NCBI GenBank assembly: GCA_035542475.1
Contig: DATKLL010000148.1
Coordinates: forward strand, 14,810-78,809
Reading direction: 5' to 3'
DNA from: Syntrophales bacterium
Lineage (GTDB): Bacteria; Desulfobacterota; Syntrophia; Syntrophales; UBA2185
Length of the DNA: 64,000 nt
Shown here: one piece after another, positions 8,404 through 16,752 of the stretch
Position numbering within the stretch: position 1 is the first letter of the stretch
Layout: each line of letters begins with the position of its first letter
Translations under genes and position numbers: made by a program
Notes under the pieces: model-generated
What the model saw: only the letters and a program-made list of their open reading frames with translations
What the model was told of the DNA's origin: nothing
Database searches by the model: none

Positions 8404-9650
8404 GGCCTTATCTCCAGCAACAAAGCACAGTTGTATATTCCCGTGGAGGTCTCTTTCATCGGTGATCCCTTAAGGCTCACCTTCCCGATCCGTTCACTTT
8501 TACCGAGTTGCTTGATGACTGAAAGGGGATCACGGGCCGACACCGTCATCTCAACTATGCCATTATTGACAACCAGGCTTTTCACGTAGCTTTCCTCTTG
8601 AAGATCGGCAGCGAGAACATCGAGGACTCTCAGGGGCGTGACAGCTCCCTTCATTCTTGCATCGAAATCCTTTATCGTTTCCGGGTTTCCCTGCGCCATG
8701 CCGCCACGTTCCAGGACGTTTATCTCCTTCTCGATTGATATTGATTTGTCCTTCAAATCAGTCAGGGCTTTGTCATAATCCTTAAGAGTCAAAAAAAGCA
8801 TCAGTCCATAGGCAAGAACAGTATAGAGGGCAAAGCGAAGCAGGAGTGTTCTGTTGAGATATAGAGTCGCTATCCCTGTCTTCAAGCGGAAGGGCTTGAG
8901 AGAAATTTCAGCAACCGCGTTGAGGAACGGCGGATAATCGATTCTCTGAAGCCCCTTCACACGGGATATGAGGGAAGACGGCACGTCCACTGAGGTATTG
9001 CCGTAGAAACTGATTTCCTTAATTTCGGAAAAACCATTAGCAAGGCCCGCGAGGAACCGCTCCAGGTCTGCTTTCGAGAAATCGGCGGCCGGGTATGAAG
9101 CTGCATCCATGAATCGTCCCTCTCCACAGGCAATGACCTCTACCTTTGAGCCGGATGGATAAATGAAAATCCCGGATGGCGAAGAAAGAAAAGCAATATC
9201 TTCGGGAATGACATAACGGAATGGAAAAGACGCCCGCAAACGTTCCACAGGTTCCCGTTGCCATGCCCATATATCCAGCATGACGTGAGTGTTATACGTC
9301 TCGGCAATCCTGCAGTGAAAAGAGCAATCGGCTATGGGGAAAAGGGTCGGGATTTCCATTTCCACCGCACGACGGAGCTTATCCTTCTTCATCGGAGGAT
9401 AACGCTTCCTTAAGCGGATAGCATTACTTCTCCCTACAATAAGAGTCCGCCGCTGCATCCCCCCTTTCATGGGCTTAAGCCCATCAAGAGGACCTGAATA
9501 AAGCAGCTCTGCGTATCCCTCCCCGGCCATCTGCCCGATCATCTGGTAGACGTCCACGCCTTTTTCTCCCCAATATGCGGCTTGCCACTTAGCCACCCGA
9601 CTATTCCTCCTGCCAGTAGTGAATGAAATAGGGATAAAAAGTACCTTCAC
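8400..9650 (-). CDS. GspL-like (PilM/PilN-type) assembly protein
   Basis: 416 aa: a cytoplasmic N-domain, one TM (LLLRFALYTVLAYGLMLFLTL) and a periplasmic C-domain. Lies between the gspK- and gspM-like genes. The GTG start in the track overlaps gspK by 50 nt, so an internal ATG (M37) may be the real start. Confidence 0.5.
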   Translation of the reverse strand: MKVLFIPISFTTGRRNSRVAKWQAAYWGEKGVDVYQMIGQMAGEGYAELLYSGPLDGLKPMKGGMQRRTLIVGRSNAIRLRKRYPPMKKDKLRRAVEMEIPTLFPIADCSFHCRIAETYNTHVMLDIWAWQREPVERLRASFPFRYVIPEDIAFLSSPSGIFIYPSGSKVEVIACGEGRFMDAASYPAADFSKADLERFLAGLANGFSEIKEISFYGNTSVDVPSSLISRVKGLQRIDYPPFLNAVAEISLKPFRLKTGIATLYLNRTLLLRFALYTVLAYGLMLFLTLKDYDKALTDLKDKSISIEKEINVLERGGMAQGNPETIKDFDARMKGAVTPLRVLDVLAADLQEESYVKSLVVNNGIVEMTVSARDPLSVIKQLGKSERIGKVSLKGSPMKETSTGIYNCALLLEIRP

Positions 9651-10524
9651 CTATCGTTAGACCCGCGCTGATTTTATAAAGGCTGCGGGGACTGCCGGTG
9701 CGAACGATAATATCCATATAGTATGACGGCGCAAACCATCCCTTCTGTTTCTCCAGATAAAGCATCTTGCCCGTTAACGCGACAAGTTCCGGCATGGCTC
9801 TTATTGTCTTTCTTGCGACATAGTCCCTTATCTTCGCCACCTTGCTGTCATCGATATTAAGAAATGCCTTCAAGACGGAATCACCGGCCGTATTTGGATT
9901 AAAGCCCGTGGTCGGCAGGATCGTCACCGCAGAAGCCAGTCGACTGAAAAGATCGGCGTCAACGCCCCTTATGAGTTTCATCTCTTCCAGGTACTGAAGA
10001 TCATATTTACGGGGCGTATAGGGAAACCCGTGGTTTCTGTAATATGGCGCCTTGGCCCCGTTTACTCGGGCCATATCACCCTGGCTGATCCAGTCCAGAA
10101 AGCTATCCGTAAATATAGCGCCCCGCTCGGAGTCTGTTTCATTGGTGACAAGCCTTTGCAGGGCCTCCTGGTTTCGCGCTGTGAGAGACAGGCGTCCGTT
10201 GCTGTCCTGAGCCATTACAAAGACGCCGTCAGAGATCATCACTTCCGATCCGTCAAGGGGTATGGATTTCAGATCAGTAATATCACTCTGCGCAATCACT
10301 ATTCCATTCTCCGTAATTTGCCCTGTAAGCATGATGTAGATAAGTGTGTCATAGGCTGAACGGGTCTTGATGATGGCCTCGGCCTTGTCACGCAGCCCCT
10401 CTGAGGTTCTTATATGCTCTTTGACCAGCCAGTTGAAACCCAGGCCAATGGCAAGAATCACCGCCGCCAGAAGCGCGATCAGAATGGTCACGGAGCCTCG
10501 CTCATTGCTCGTATAGTTTTTCAT
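9601..10524 (-). CDS. gspK: minor pseudopilin GspK
   Basis: 307 aa with an N-terminal hydrophobic segment (GSVTILIALLAAVILAIGLG). The C-terminal region LIRGVDADLFSRLASAVTILPTTGFNPNTA matches the GspK SAM-like/HhH pattern. Confidence 0.7.
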   Translation of the reverse strand: MKNYTSNERGSVTILIALLAAVILAIGLGFNWLVKEHIRTSEGLRDKAEAIIKTRSAYDTLIYIMLTGQITENGIVIAQSDITDLKSIPLDGSEVMISDGVFVMAQDSNGRLSLTARNQEALQRLVTNETDSERGAIFTDSFLDWISQGDMARVNGAKAPYYRNHGFPYTPRKYDLQYLEEMKLIRGVDADLFSRLASAVTILPTTGFNPNTAGDSVLKAFLNIDDSKVAKIRDYVARKTIRAMPELVALTGKMLYLEKQKGWFAPSYYMDIIVRTGSPRSLYKISAGLTIGEGTFYPYFIHYWQEE

Positions 10525-11242
10525 AGCCTCGCTTCCACTGAGAATTCACATGCATTGCGTACATGAACATTCTGTTTTCACCACCTCGCGTGTAGTCGAC
10601 TCGAACCAGCAGGGGGAGCTGTTTTGTCTCAGCTCCTTCAAATATACTCCGCCATTTATGCTTTTCATCTCGAACATCATAACCGTAAAATTCGAATTGA
10701 ACCCTGTCAGCACCTTCGAGGATTTTGACGGATTGACCTTTCCGATAGGCGCCCGACGCAAGGTCTTCCTTGAGATCTTCGAACGACTTGGCGTAAACGG
10801 GGAGTTCATAATAAACCAGACTTATTTTCCCATCTGCCGTCACTTCTTTTCTCATCCAGACGACGACGGGGAGATCCCCGGCAAAAGGCGCCAGAGTCAC
10901 AAACGAGATCCCCTCCTGATTTCCTCTGAAATAAGGAAACCAGCCCTGTGCGCTCGTATTCACATAATAATCAATGGTTGAATGAAAACTCTTATCTGTC
11001 CAGATTTTCTGAGCGTAATCCCAGAAACAGAGCCCTTTATCAACAAGTCCCTGGTATTGCATCAACCCCTGATTCAAGGCCATTCCCCCTAATAGGAGCA
11101 TTGCTGAAAAAATGGCCATGGCCACAACGACCTCTATCAGGCTGTAACCAGGAGCGGTGCGTCTCTCACCTCCATGATAACGGCCGTGAACGAAAGACAT
11201 GGATATGATACTCCCTGATCGACTTTTTAAATTCCAAGACAA
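10502..11242 (-). CDS. minor pseudopilin, GspJ-like
   Basis: Prepilin-type N-terminal methylation motif PGYSLIEVVVAMAIFSAMLLLGG. Size and position fit GspJ. The real start is probably an internal ATG (about 11200). Confidence 0.6.
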   Translation of the reverse strand: MSWNLKSRSGSIISMSFVHGRYHGGERRTAPGYSLIEVVVAMAIFSAMLLLGGMALNQGLMQYQGLVDKGLCFWDYAQKIWTDKSFHSTIDYYVNTSAQGWFPYFRGNQEGISFVTLAPFAGDLPVVVWMRKEVTADGKISLVYYELPVYAKSFEDLKEDLASGAYRKGQSVKILEGADRVQFEFYGYDVRDEKHKWRSIFEGAETKQLPLLVRVDYTRGGENRMFMYAMHVNSQWKRGYEKLYEQ

Positions 11243-11597
11243 AATCGACTCGATATAGAAATAGATCGTGTGAGAGATTTCTTCTGACCATTACCCCGCT
11301 TGCAGAAGCAGTCCCTGACCGGTCCCGATTATTCTGAGCAAGAAGGTGCGATACCCATTTCATAATCACGCCATCTCCCATGTCTTCCGTTCCAGATTGT
11401 CTTTCCAGCTCTATGATCTTCAGGAGACTTCCTGCCTGCAAAAGCTTTGCGGACAGGAGATTGACCTGGTTCACTCTCTCCATGTGGTTGAATCCCACTC
11501 TGAAAAGATACATGGCGGCTGCGATGCTTGCTGTCAGGATGAGGCCGGCAATCAATACCTCCAGGACGAGAAATCCCCGCGAATCGTCTCCTCTCAT
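11166..11597 (-). CDS. minor pseudopilin, GspI-like
   Basis: N-terminus RGFLVLEVLIAGLILTASIAAAMYLF, a degenerate prepilin motif with conserved Glu. 143 aa, and position fits GspI. Confidence 0.55.
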   Translation of the reverse strand: MRGDDSRGFLVLEVLIAGLILTASIAAAMYLFRVGFNHMERVNQVNLLSAKLLQAGSLLKIIELERQSGTEDMGDGVIMKWVSHLLAQNNRDRSGTASASGVMVRRNLSHDLFLYRVDFVLEFKKSIREYHIHVFRSRPLSWR

Positions 11598-11995
11598 GTC
11601 CCTCTTCTTTCAAGGGAAAGATCACCCAGCGGGGCTTTAACCACAAGGTGCTGGACCACGTCGTCCACGCTCAATACAATTATGCCCCCGGACGATGTTC
11701 CATTCGGAAAAAAAACGATGGACTCAGAGAGATGGACATTTATCCCGCCGAATATTTTCTTTCCCCCATCGACTGTCATATTACCGTCCTGCGATGAAAT
11801 AACCTTCCTTTCACTGTAAAGGAAAGCGTCCCGCCTCAATTCGGAAACGTAAGCCATGACCTCCTGCACGCGCAGAGAGGAATTGTACGTAGCATACATG
11901 CCGTATGAAACCGGCAGGGCAACCGACAACACCATCCCCACGAGAATGACAACAATGAGGAGCTCGATGACTGTGAATCCTCTTTTTTTACACAT
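11594..11995 (-). CDS. minor pseudopilin, GspH-like
   Basis: MCKKRGFTVIELLIVVILVGMVLSVALP is a classical prepilin cleavage/methylation motif. First gene of the operon, with a GGAGAG RBS about 12 nt upstream. Confidence 0.7.
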   Translation of the reverse strand: MCKKRGFTVIELLIVVILVGMVLSVALPVSYGMYATYNSSLRVQEVMAYVSELRRDAFLYSERKVISSQDGNMTVDGGKKIFGGINVHLSESIVFFPNGTSSGGIIVLSVDDVVQHLVVKAPLGDLSLERRGT

Positions 11996-12322
11996 GCAAT
12001 TGAATCTCTCCGCAGCAAGCTAAGGAAATGCACTCGCTGACGAATTCACGATGATTAGGCACGAAATCGAAACCGTAGATGTCTGCACATGTTCAATGGA
12101 ATTGCCAGAGGAAAAGTTTTCGAAACTCGATACTTATCGGGACAAGCACTCTAACTTTAGCAAAAGTTGAAGCATCAGTTCCCTGTATGACCATATATGA
12201 CTGTAATTTTAAATGCCGTCATCCATGTTAATCCTTCGTCGGTCAGGCATGTCCATTATACCAGCGCATTTATAAACGTCTTCTGTTGTGTTGTTATGAC
12301 AAAATGATGATGTTTTTGTTAA
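11843..12322. repeat. direct repeat copy A (gspH 5' 153 nt plus about 330 nt of upstream leader/promoter)
   Basis: Aligns by eye with 15170..15537 at roughly 85-90% identity where aligned. Copy A has two extra segments of about 41 and 71 bp. Confidence 0.85.
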
Positions 12323-12438
12323 TTAGTGATAACATGCCAATATTATGCAAGTTATTGCATAATTTTCTGAAGGCGGGCAAGGACATCTCCCGGCACAGGA
12401 GGAATAAGAACATGAGGCGAGCGGCAGATTCTCTGATC

Positions 12439-14952
12439 TTATTTTTTCTCTAATCGGTTTCGCCGCATTCCAAATACCGCTACCGCAGCCAGGGCCGGCA
12501 CCAGCACCAAAAACCCCACATAACTGAGGGCAGGAACAGGCGAGGATGTCGAGGCATTGATGGCGGCTTCGAGGTTGATACGTGTTTTGCCGTAGTTGAT
12601 CTTGACATCCGTCAAAGGATCCCCCGTGCTGACGAGAATCGACCGCACATCAGCCGGTGTAAGAAAATAACCCAACTTTTCCTTCGCAGCATTTTGCAGT
12701 ATAGCAGCGGCGCCCGCCGCATAGGGAGAAGCCGCCGAAGTGCCGCCAAAATTGCTCACGTAAGAACCCCCTTTAGCGGTCGTATAGGCCATGTGCGACG
12801 GCGCTAAAAGCCCGAGAATCGGCGCTGTGTTGGAATAGGGCGTTTCCCGGTCCGGTGTAATCGAGTAAGACCAGGCAACTGGATTTGGACTGCAAGAGGC
12901 ATGCGTCCCCTGATTGGGCGCACAGGATGATGGATCCACGCAAAACCCCAGAGTCCCCAGAGACGCATCAAAAACAGCCCCCACAGCGATCACATGCGAT
13001 ATGCAGGATGGCCAGGCGATTGCATTACAATAGCCGTTATTTCCCGAAGACACAAAAATCGTAATGCCCGCGGCGACGGCATTGGCGGCAGCTGAGGTCA
13101 TGGCGGTGGAGTAGCTGTCGCAGGCCGTTGTGAACTGTCCGCTTCCCATGCTCGTGTTAATGACCATGATCGGATAATTCGGATTGTCATTCTGGTGCGT
13201 GATGCACCACTCCCAACCCGCAATAATGTCCGAAGTATAGGCCTCCCCGGTCGAGCCGTGAGTGACTTTGACGGCATAGAGTTTCGCGCCGTAGGCCACC
13301 CCGCCGATATAATCACCCGTCGTACCCGTATCGCCCGCAGCGATGCCCGCACAGCTTGTGCCGTGGCCGTTTACGTCCATCGGATCAGCATCCTGGACAG
13401 CGGGGTTGTTATACTCCCCGCCAAAGTCGTAGCCGCCAAGCACCTTGGCGCTAAGCTTCGGGTGCGTGTAGTCGATGCCCGTATCCACAATGGCTATGGC
13501 CACGCCCTGGCCGTTGTAAGTGCCGCGAACGGCAGAGGCATCAATCAGCGGGATCCCCTGGGCGGTGTGAATCTGAAGCTTACGATCCAATTCAATGGAG
13601 AAGACGTCGCCATGTTGGCGCAGATCTTCAAGTCCTCCACGGGTCACCTCAGCGGCAAATCCGGCGTGGTAATCAAAAAAGTTCGTGACTTTTACCCGGT
13701 TTGCGTTTAACCCCATTAAAACCCGTTGCTGTATCCACCTGACATTTTGCCGGCGCGTCACCCTGCCCTCCGGCCGTTTCATGTCCTCCCGTCCGGGATC
13801 CGCCAGGTTCACGATAACATAGGTCGTGGCCCGGCTGCTATTAAAGCCGCGAAGGATGCCCGCCTCGTCAATGAGCCGCGCCTGGGCACAGACCGGCAGG
13901 GGCCGGCCAAGCGCAAGGATTCCGAGGAATAAAAGTAAAACCATACAGAGTATCGCAGGGCGCACCTTTGCAAAACGAATATTCATCAAGCGCCATCGGA
14001 TCGACAGCCCCCCTCCCAAGGTGAGCCAAAGAACGAGCGGTATAAGCGATTGCGCTGTGAGGTGGACCGCTGTCGCCACCGGGAGAAAATCCATCAATCC
14101 GTATCCGACAACAATGACATTGAAGACGCGAAGAACAAGATGCAGCGCCGCTAAAATAACCGTTCCGATGAGCAGCGCTCTGGTTTTTGACATTCGTGTC
14201 ATGCCGTCGTCGGCAAGAACAAGTGCGCCAAAGACTACAAGGTTGACGGTGTGGTAATAGATTTCATGGTGATGGGCAAATATAATTTTGGCCCCGAAAA
14301 TTGAAAAAATGAAACTCAGCAATGCATCACTGGAGATAATATAGCCCTGATTGAGCGGAATCCAGATGATAAAGAGGGTACTCGACGCAACAGCAAATCC
14401 GACGACAAATCTTCCGATCGCGCCAGGCTTTTTTGTCTTGTCGCAGAAGCGGACCCAGACATGGCAGGTGACCAGTACAATCAAAATCGTCCAGATCTGA
14501 CCGATGTAGGCATGAAAATAATTGAACCATGACGGTACGGCCGAGCCGAGGGCGATGGTCAAGCCCAGGCGGAGAGTATTGGCCGCGGTGAGAAAAAGCA
14601 TACCGGCGAGCAGACCTTGAATTCTGTCCGCAGGCGTCGCCGGAAAAGAAAAGAGAAAAACCGCAAAAATAAGGATCATGAAAACCGGTGTGCATTCCGG
14701 GACGATCCATACGGATAATCCGTCTGCAAAAAGATATTCCCCCCTGGCAACGATTGGCATACCGAAAACACCGAGCAGCAGACTTGTGAGTTTGGCTGTC
14801 AGTCGATTGACCGGCGCGTAAACGGGGTCGGGAAGCAGACTTGCCGCAACATAAAAGACAAGAGCGTTAAGTGAAAATCGGAAGAGAAGGCGCCTGTAAC
14901 CCGTACGCTGAGTTTCAACTTTTCCTTCTCGGGACACAACCATCACCTCCAT
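12439..14952 (-). CDS. fusion protein: exosortase/archaeosortase-like membrane domain + I9 propeptide + S8 subtilisin-like protease + PEP-CTERM-like C-terminal sorting signal
   Basis: 837-aa ORF. Exosortase signature residues are in context: Cys87 (WIVPECTPVF), Arg128 (AANTLRLGL), His147 (NYFHAYIGQ). There are about 9 TM segments up to residue 320. Residues 323-356 read as an internal signal-peptide-like segment, MNIRFAKVRPAILCMVLLLFLGILALGRPLPVCAQA. The S8 triad is AIVDTGIDY / NGHGTSCAG / GGTSAASPYAAG. The tail is SSPVPALSYVGFLVLVPALAAVAVFGMRRNRLEKK. Confidence 0.8.
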   Translation of the reverse strand: MEVMVVSREGKVETQRTGYRRLLFRFSLNALVFYVAASLLPDPVYAPVNRLTAKLTSLLLGVFGMPIVARGEYLFADGLSVWIVPECTPVFMILIFAVFLFSFPATPADRIQGLLAGMLFLTAANTLRLGLTIALGSAVPSWFNYFHAYIGQIWTILIVLVTCHVWVRFCDKTKKPGAIGRFVVGFAVASSTLFIIWIPLNQGYIISSDALLSFIFSIFGAKIIFAHHHEIYYHTVNLVVFGALVLADDGMTRMSKTRALLIGTVILAALHLVLRVFNVIVVGYGLMDFLPVATAVHLTAQSLIPLVLWLTLGGGLSIRWRLMNIRFAKVRPAILCMVLLLFLGILALGRPLPVCAQARLIDEAGILRGFNSSRATTYVIVNLADPGREDMKRPEGRVTRRQNVRWIQQRVLMGLNANRVKVTNFFDYHAGFAAEVTRGGLEDLRQHGDVFSIELDRKLQIHTAQGIPLIDASAVRGTYNGQGVAIAIVDTGIDYTHPKLSAKVLGGYDFGGEYNNPAVQDADPMDVNGHGTSCAGIAAGDTGTTGDYIGGVAYGAKLYAVKVTHGSTGEAYTSDIIAGWEWCITHQNDNPNYPIMVINTSMGSGQFTTACDSYSTAMTSAAANAVAAGITIFVSSGNNGYCNAIAWPSCISHVIAVGAVFDASLGTLGFCVDPSSCAPNQGTHASCSPNPVAWSYSITPDRETPYSNTAPILGLLAPSHMAYTTAKGGSYVSNFGGTSAASPYAAGAAAILQNAAKEKLGYFLTPADVRSILVSTGDPLTDVKINYGKTRINLEAAINASTSSPVPALSYVGFLVLVPALAAVAVFGMRRNRLEKK

Positions 14953-15075
14953 TTATGGTTTGTTCTTTTTGTGATATACTTTTTTCAGTCACCGACTTAA
15001 TATCACCGGCAATAATATGCCTGAAACACATTTTTCCAGTTCCGCATGCATCATCATATCCATAAGACGCAGGTT

Positions 15076-15126
15076 CATAAAAAAACCCAAACCGATCAAT
15101 TATATTCCTTTGATCGATCCGGGTTT
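15076..15126 (-). terminator. intrinsic terminator between the gspH' remnant and the exosortase-subtilase gene
   Basis: Minus strand reads AAACCCGGAUCGAUCAA-loop-UUGAUCGGUUUGGGUUU, a 17-bp stem with 3 G-U pairs, followed by UUUUUAU. Confidence 0.55.
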
Positions 15127-15160
15127 TCTGATTCCAAATATATGGTCAGCAAAATGCCCG

Positions 15161-15322
15161 TCAATGACTGGAAACGTAAGCCATGACTTCCGGCGCGCGC
15201 ATAGGGGCATTGCACGTGGCATACATGCCGTATAAGACCGGTAGGTCAACCGACAACACAATCCCCACGAGAACGACGACAATGAGGAGCTTGATTACTG
15301 TGAATCCTCTTTTTTTACACAT
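15161..15322 (-). pseudogene. truncated gspH paralogue (first ~50 codons only), part of repeat copy B
   Basis: MCKKRGFTVIKLLIVVVLVGIVLSVDLPVLYGMYATCNAPMRAPEVMAYVSSH* compared with GspH MCKKRGFTVIELLIVVILVGMVLSVALPVSYGMYATYNSSLRVQEVMAYVSEL... The RBS-containing 41 bp of copy A is missing. Confidence 0.75.
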
Positions 15323-15537
15323 GCAATTCACGATGATTAGGCACGAAATCGGAACCGTAGATCTCTGTGTATGTTCAATGGAAGCGCCGGAGGCAGAGTT
15401 TTCGAAACCTGAGATTTGTTGGAACAAGCACCGTTATCCATGTTAATTCTTCGTCGGTCAGGCATTTCCGTTATACCAGCGCGTTTATAAACATCTTCTG
15501 TTGTGTTGTTATGACAAAATAATGATGTTTTTGTTAA
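15170..15537. repeat. direct repeat copy B (see 11843..12322)
   Basis: Same orientation as copy A. The two copies flank 12323..15169. Confidence 0.85.
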
Positions 15538-15771
15538 CGAATAATATTGCCTTGATATCAGGTACTTATTCCGTTGATAAAGAGGTGCTTACCGTTGCGG
15601 TGATTTAACACCGAGAGGAGGAAACCGTCGTGCATCCTGTATCAACCACGTTTTGAGCAAGCTTCACAAAATGTTCACATGATTTTAATCTGAATAAAAC
15701 AATTGTGATATAAGAAAGCTAGCTTCAAGGAGCGCCGAAATTTTTTGTAATTGAAACCGAGGAGGAGGCTG

Positions 15772-16554
15772 ATGATGAAAAAGATGCTCTGCGTTATGGT
15801 GTGGGTAGTGATGATTTGCTGCGCAGGAACGGCTATTGCCGGGACAGACGTTGAAAAGATTTTGAAAACAACATTCCCCGATTTTGCATTCGATTCTGTA
15901 TCTCCGTCGCCGGTAAAAGGGATCTATGAAGTAGTAGGGGGGAAGAGAATATTCTACTTTGCACCGCAAGAAGGCATCCTCATCCTGGGACAGATGTTCG
16001 ACAAAACAAAGCGGAATCTGACCGCTGAACGGATGAAAGAGATATCGGCCAAGGCCGATGAGCAGATGGCCGAGATGGCCAAGGACTTACCTCTCGATAA
16101 AGCAATCAAGACCGGTAACGGACCGCACGTAGTGATAGAGTTCACCGATCCCGACTGCCCTTACTGCCGCAGGGCGGCACAGTTCTTTGAGTCTCGGACT
16201 GATGTGACCAAATACACCTTCTTCACTGCCCTCCCAATGCACCCGGATGCCAAGAACAAGGTGCGTTATATACTCTGTCAGAAGGAGAGAAGCAAGGCAT
16301 TCGAAGAGGTGATGAAAGGCAAAATCGATGGCGGCAAGTATGAGACCTGCACAAACGCTGAAGTCGAAGACCTGATCAAGCTTCATGAGTCCGCGGCTGC
16401 AAAGCTTGGCGTCTCAGGGACGCCATTCTTCATCATTTACGGCAGACCGGTTTCCGGCGCCGATATCCCAAAACTCGAAAGTCTGCTGGGCGAGAAAGTC
16501 ATCAACGGTAAAGAGGATAAACCTGTCAATCCCACTGTGCCGCAAGCCAGATAA
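15772..16554 (+). CDS. DsbC/DsbG-family periplasmic thiol:disulfide interchange protein
   Basis: Signal peptide MMKKMLCVMVWVVMICCAGTAIAG and thioredoxin-fold active site FTDPDCPYCRRA. GGAGGAGG RBS before ATG 15772 (track ORF starts at 15751). Confidence 0.8.
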   Translation: MMKKMLCVMVWVVMICCAGTAIAGTDVEKILKTTFPDFAFDSVSPSPVKGIYEVVGGKRIFYFAPQEGILILGQMFDKTKRNLTAERMKEISAKADEQMAEMAKDLPLDKAIKTGNGPHVVIEFTDPDCPYCRRAAQFFESRTDVTKYTFFTALPMHPDAKNKVRYILCQKERSKAFEEVMKGKIDGGKYETCTNAEVEDLIKLHESAAAKLGVSGTPFFIIYGRPVSGADIPKLESLLGEKVINGKEDKPVNPTVPQAR

Positions 16555-16687
16555 GTGGTAGGCGTTGGGAACACTATGATTCAGTAAGGTCCTGATGTAC
16601 ACGAACGCATGAGAAAGGTTTAGAGTGAAAGATCGAAGTACAGTGTACTACGGCAGATCCGTTGCTAAAAGCAAAAGAGAGAAAGTT

Positions 16688-16736
16688 GTCATACTGAGCC
16701 CGTCGAAGTGTGGTCACACTCCGACAAGCTCAGTAT
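16688..16736. repeat. REP-like long hairpin between convergent genes (possible bidirectional terminator)
   Basis: ATACTGAGC-CCGTCGAAGTGTG-GTC-ACACTCCGACAA-GCTCAGTAT is near-perfect dyad symmetry. Lies between the dsbC-like stop (16554) and the lectin stop (16753). Confidence 0.5.
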
Positions 16737-16752
16737 AACAGTAACATAACGA

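Noticed and set aside
9540-9660. Apparent 1-nt offset between my hand count of the printed lines and the ORF-track translations of the gspL-like and gspK genes (possible frameshift)
   Set aside because: The track proteins read through cleanly. The offset appears at one line junction and disappears at another. I treat it as my reading or counting error, not a biological frameshift, and use the track coordinates.
12092-12108. Sigma-54-like element TGGCAATTCCATTGAA upstream of gspH (minus strand)
   Set aside because: The -12 element has GA instead of the conserved GC. The duplicated copy near 15.38 kb reads CGGCGCTTCCATTGAA. This is too weak to call without a scoring matrix or an EBP gene nearby.
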